Positions 62,436 to 64,000 of a DNA stretch of 64,000 nt are shown piece after piece. Below the pieces are notes generated by a model. That model did no database searches, was not told where the DNA came from, and saw nothing but the letters and a program-made list of their open reading frames with translations. Source of the DNA: Candidatus Omnitrophota bacterium (GTDB lineage Bacteria; Omnitrophota; Gorgyraeia; Zapsychrales; Fredricksoniimonadaceae); the NCBI GenBank assembly GCA_030650275.1, contig JAUSEK010000011.1, positions 9,890-73,889 on the forward strand. The letters run 5' to 3'. A program made the translations under genes and the position numbers. Positions within the stretch are counted from its first letter, which is position 1, and each line of letters begins with the position of its first letter.

Positions 62436-62472
62436 GACAGATATATGCTACCTTGGTATTTTTTAGGTTGCA

Positions 62473-63495
62473 ATGCCAAATGATATCTTTTATGATACGC
62501 ACATGAAGAACAAGCCCACCAGTTACGGGCGGATGCCCGGCATTCCCGACGGGAAAGATTTGAAAAGAAAACTTCTTCGCGGAATGCTCCGTTTGCGGCT
62601 GATCGAGGAGAGGTTGTCGGCCATTTACCATCAGGCAGATGAGATCAAGACGCCCATGCACCTTTACACGGGGCAGGAGGCCGTTGCCGTGGGAGTTTGT
62701 GCCGCTTTGAGACCAAGCGATACGGTTTCTCCCTATCATCGTTCGCACGGCTGGTATATCGCCAAGGGCGGGGATCTCAACGCGATGATGGCGGAGTTGA
62801 TGGGCAAAGAAGCCGGGTGTTCCGGGGGCTGGGGGGGATCCATGCATCTTTTGGATACGGCGGCCGGAGTGATGGGTTCATCGTCCATTCTCGCAGCGAC
62901 GGTCCCTCATGCCGTAGGCGCGGCATTGGCATTTCAGATGAAAGGCGAAGACAGGGTTGCGGTTGCCCCGGCCGGAGATGCGGCGATCGAGGAAGGCGTT
63001 TTTCATGAGAGCTTGAACTGGGCTTCCTTCAAAAAACTTCCTGTTATTTTTGTTTGCGAAAATAATCTTTATTCCACGACGACGCCTCTGAGCGCCCGTC
63101 AGCCCCGCGTCGATATCTATAAGCGTGCCGAGGCCTATGGCATGCCGGGTCATCGTTGCGACGGTAATGATGTGGGGGGTGTTTACGCCAAAGCCGTAGA
63201 GGCCGTTCATCGGGCAAGACGCAAAGAAGGACCGAGTTTGATCGAAGTCATGACTTATCGCTGGCGTGAACATGTGGGACCTCATTATGATTGGGACGCC
63301 GGTTACCGGACAAAACAAGAGGTAGAGGAGTGGATGGAACATTGCCCTATCCGTGCATTGGCTGCGGAATTCCCGGCGCAGGAAGTGCAGCTCTTGAGAG
63401 ATGAATTTGAAAAAGAAATTGACGAGTCCCTTGCTTTTGCCCGCCAAGCGGCATTCCCCCGCAAGGAAACGATCAAGGAAAGTATCAGGGTATGA
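62473..63495 (+). CDS. TPP-dependent 2-oxoacid/acetoin dehydrogenase E1 alpha subunit
   Basis: LRLRLIEERL, GQEAVAVG, TPP motif region GDAAIEEGVFHESLNWASFKKLPVIFVCENN; alternative start 62503. Confidence 0.7.
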   Translation: MPNDIFYDTHMKNKPTSYGRMPGIPDGKDLKRKLLRGMLRLRLIEERLSAIYHQADEIKTPMHLYTGQEAVAVGVCAALRPSDTVSPYHRSHGWYIAKGGDLNAMMAELMGKEAGCSGGWGGSMHLLDTAAGVMGSSSILAATVPHAVGAALAFQMKGEDRVAVAPAGDAAIEEGVFHESLNWASFKKLPVIFVCENNLYSTTTPLSARQPRVDIYKRAEAYGMPGHRCDGNDVGGVYAKAVEAVHRARRKEGPSLIEVMTYRWREHVGPHYDWDAGYRTKQEVEEWMEHCPIRALAAEFPAQEVQLLRDEFEKEIDESLAFARQAAFPRKETIKESIRV

Positions 63496-64000
63496 AATAT
63501 TCTGAAAGCATACGGGACGCGCAAGCCGTGATGATGCGTCAGGACAAGCGGGTTTTTGTTTGCGGGTTAGGCGTTCCCGCCCCCGGAGAGGTGTTCGGCT
63601 CGACCAGGGGGCTGAAAGAAGAATTCGGGGACCAGCGTGTTTTTGACACCCCCGCGTCCGAGAACGGGACGTTAGGGGTACTGCTGGGAGCTTCCCTTCA
63701 GGGGATGCGTCCGATCATGGTCAATCAAAGGGTTGATTTCTTTTTGTTGGCCCTTGATCAGCTGATCAATCATGCTTCTAAATGGAAGTATATGTTCGCC
63801 GGCCGGCAGGAAATGTCCGTTTTGATCCGGCTTATTGTGGGGCGGGGATGGGGGCAAGGGCCGCAACATTCACAAAGCATGCATGCTTTGTTCGCGCATA
63901 TCCCCGGCCTTAAAGTCGCGGCACCGGCCACACCTTATGATGCCAAAGGCATGATCATTTCAGCCCTGCAGGAAGGCGGTCCGGTCGTGATGATCGAACA
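63492..64000 (+). CDS. E1 beta subunit (3' truncated by window edge)
   Basis: ATGA overlap with E1 alpha; MKYSESIRDAQAVMMRQDKRVFVCGLGV...QSMHALFAHIPGLKVAAPATPYDAKG transketolase-like Pyr domain; not in ORF track because no stop in window. Confidence 0.7.
   Translation, partial: MKYSESIRDAQAVMMRQDKRVFVCGLGVPAPGEVFGSTRGLKEEFGDQRVFDTPASENGTLGVLLGASLQGMRPIMVNQRVDFFLLALDQLINHASKWKYMFAGRQEMSVLIRLIVGRGWGQGPQHSQSMHALFAHIPGLKVAAPATPYDAKGMIISALQEGGPVVMIE

Overview
This 64-kb window is a gene-dense bacterial chromosomal segment of about 55-58% GC. Nearly all genes are on the + strand; only metF and one GT2 gene are on the - strand. The organism is probably Gram-negative, based on an LptD-like protein, a TonB-dependent receptor, a heptosyltransferase and BamE-like lipoproteins. 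I did not assign a taxon.

Gene order on the + strand:
- leuS (5' partial).
- An EndoQ-like PHP nuclease, a compact UvrD-family helicase, comEA and comEC.
- A low-GC BrnT/BrnA toxin-antitoxin cassette.
- A secreted MORN-repeat protein.
- A canonical hrcA-grpE-dnaK-dnaJ operon with a sigma70-like promoter and a CIRCE operator.
- An FmdB-like Zn-ribbon protein, a DUF1015 protein, accD, an orphan MalK-type ABC ATPase and two tandem GGDEF diguanylate cyclases.
- A ROK glucokinase and an LptD-like protein.
- A ~22-kb polysaccharide/LPS cluster (20830-42960). It contains two UDP-sugar dehydrogenases, a UXS-like decarboxylase, a split mini TPP enzyme, an Fcl-like epimerase/reductase, an SDR, a B12-binding radical SAM enzyme, HddA-like, HddC-like and GmhB heptose-pathway genes, two DegT aminotransferases, GT4/GT2/GT9/GT28 glycosyltransferases and a methyltransferase.
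- A low-GC island with an AbiEi/AbiEii pair, a truncated ArsR-like regulator, a TPR/beta-barrel outer-membrane protein and an acidic tandem-repeat secreted protein.
- ssb, a PriA homologue with no Walker A or DExH motifs, and fmt.
- Two tandem GalT-like paralogs, one of which lacks the second (nucleophilic) His of the HxHxQ motif.
- An ORF6N gene and a REP-associated tyrosine transposase (RAYT) flanked by palindromic REP elements.
- gap, metE, a small conserved protein, a small membrane protein, a cobalamin riboswitch leading a BtuB-like TonB-dependent receptor, then metF and GT2 (both on -), and a pyruvate-dehydrogenase-type E1 alpha/beta pair (3' partial).

The polysaccharide cluster is interrupted by a composite low-GC insertion at 30677-32945. 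The insertion carries two lipoprotein genes, a second BrnT/BrnA pair, a diverged duplicate of the degT 5' end and a small ORF, and is bracketed by copies of the REP unit found around the RAYT.

No CRISPR array, rRNA or convincing tRNA gene was found.

The features most worth follow-up are the REP/RAYT family whose units also flank a cargo island, the EndoQ-like nuclease plus UvrD helicase next to comEA/comEC, the motif-less PriA, the asymmetric tandem GalT-like pair, the OMP plus acidic-repeat-protein module in the low-GC island, and several exact palindromic repeats.
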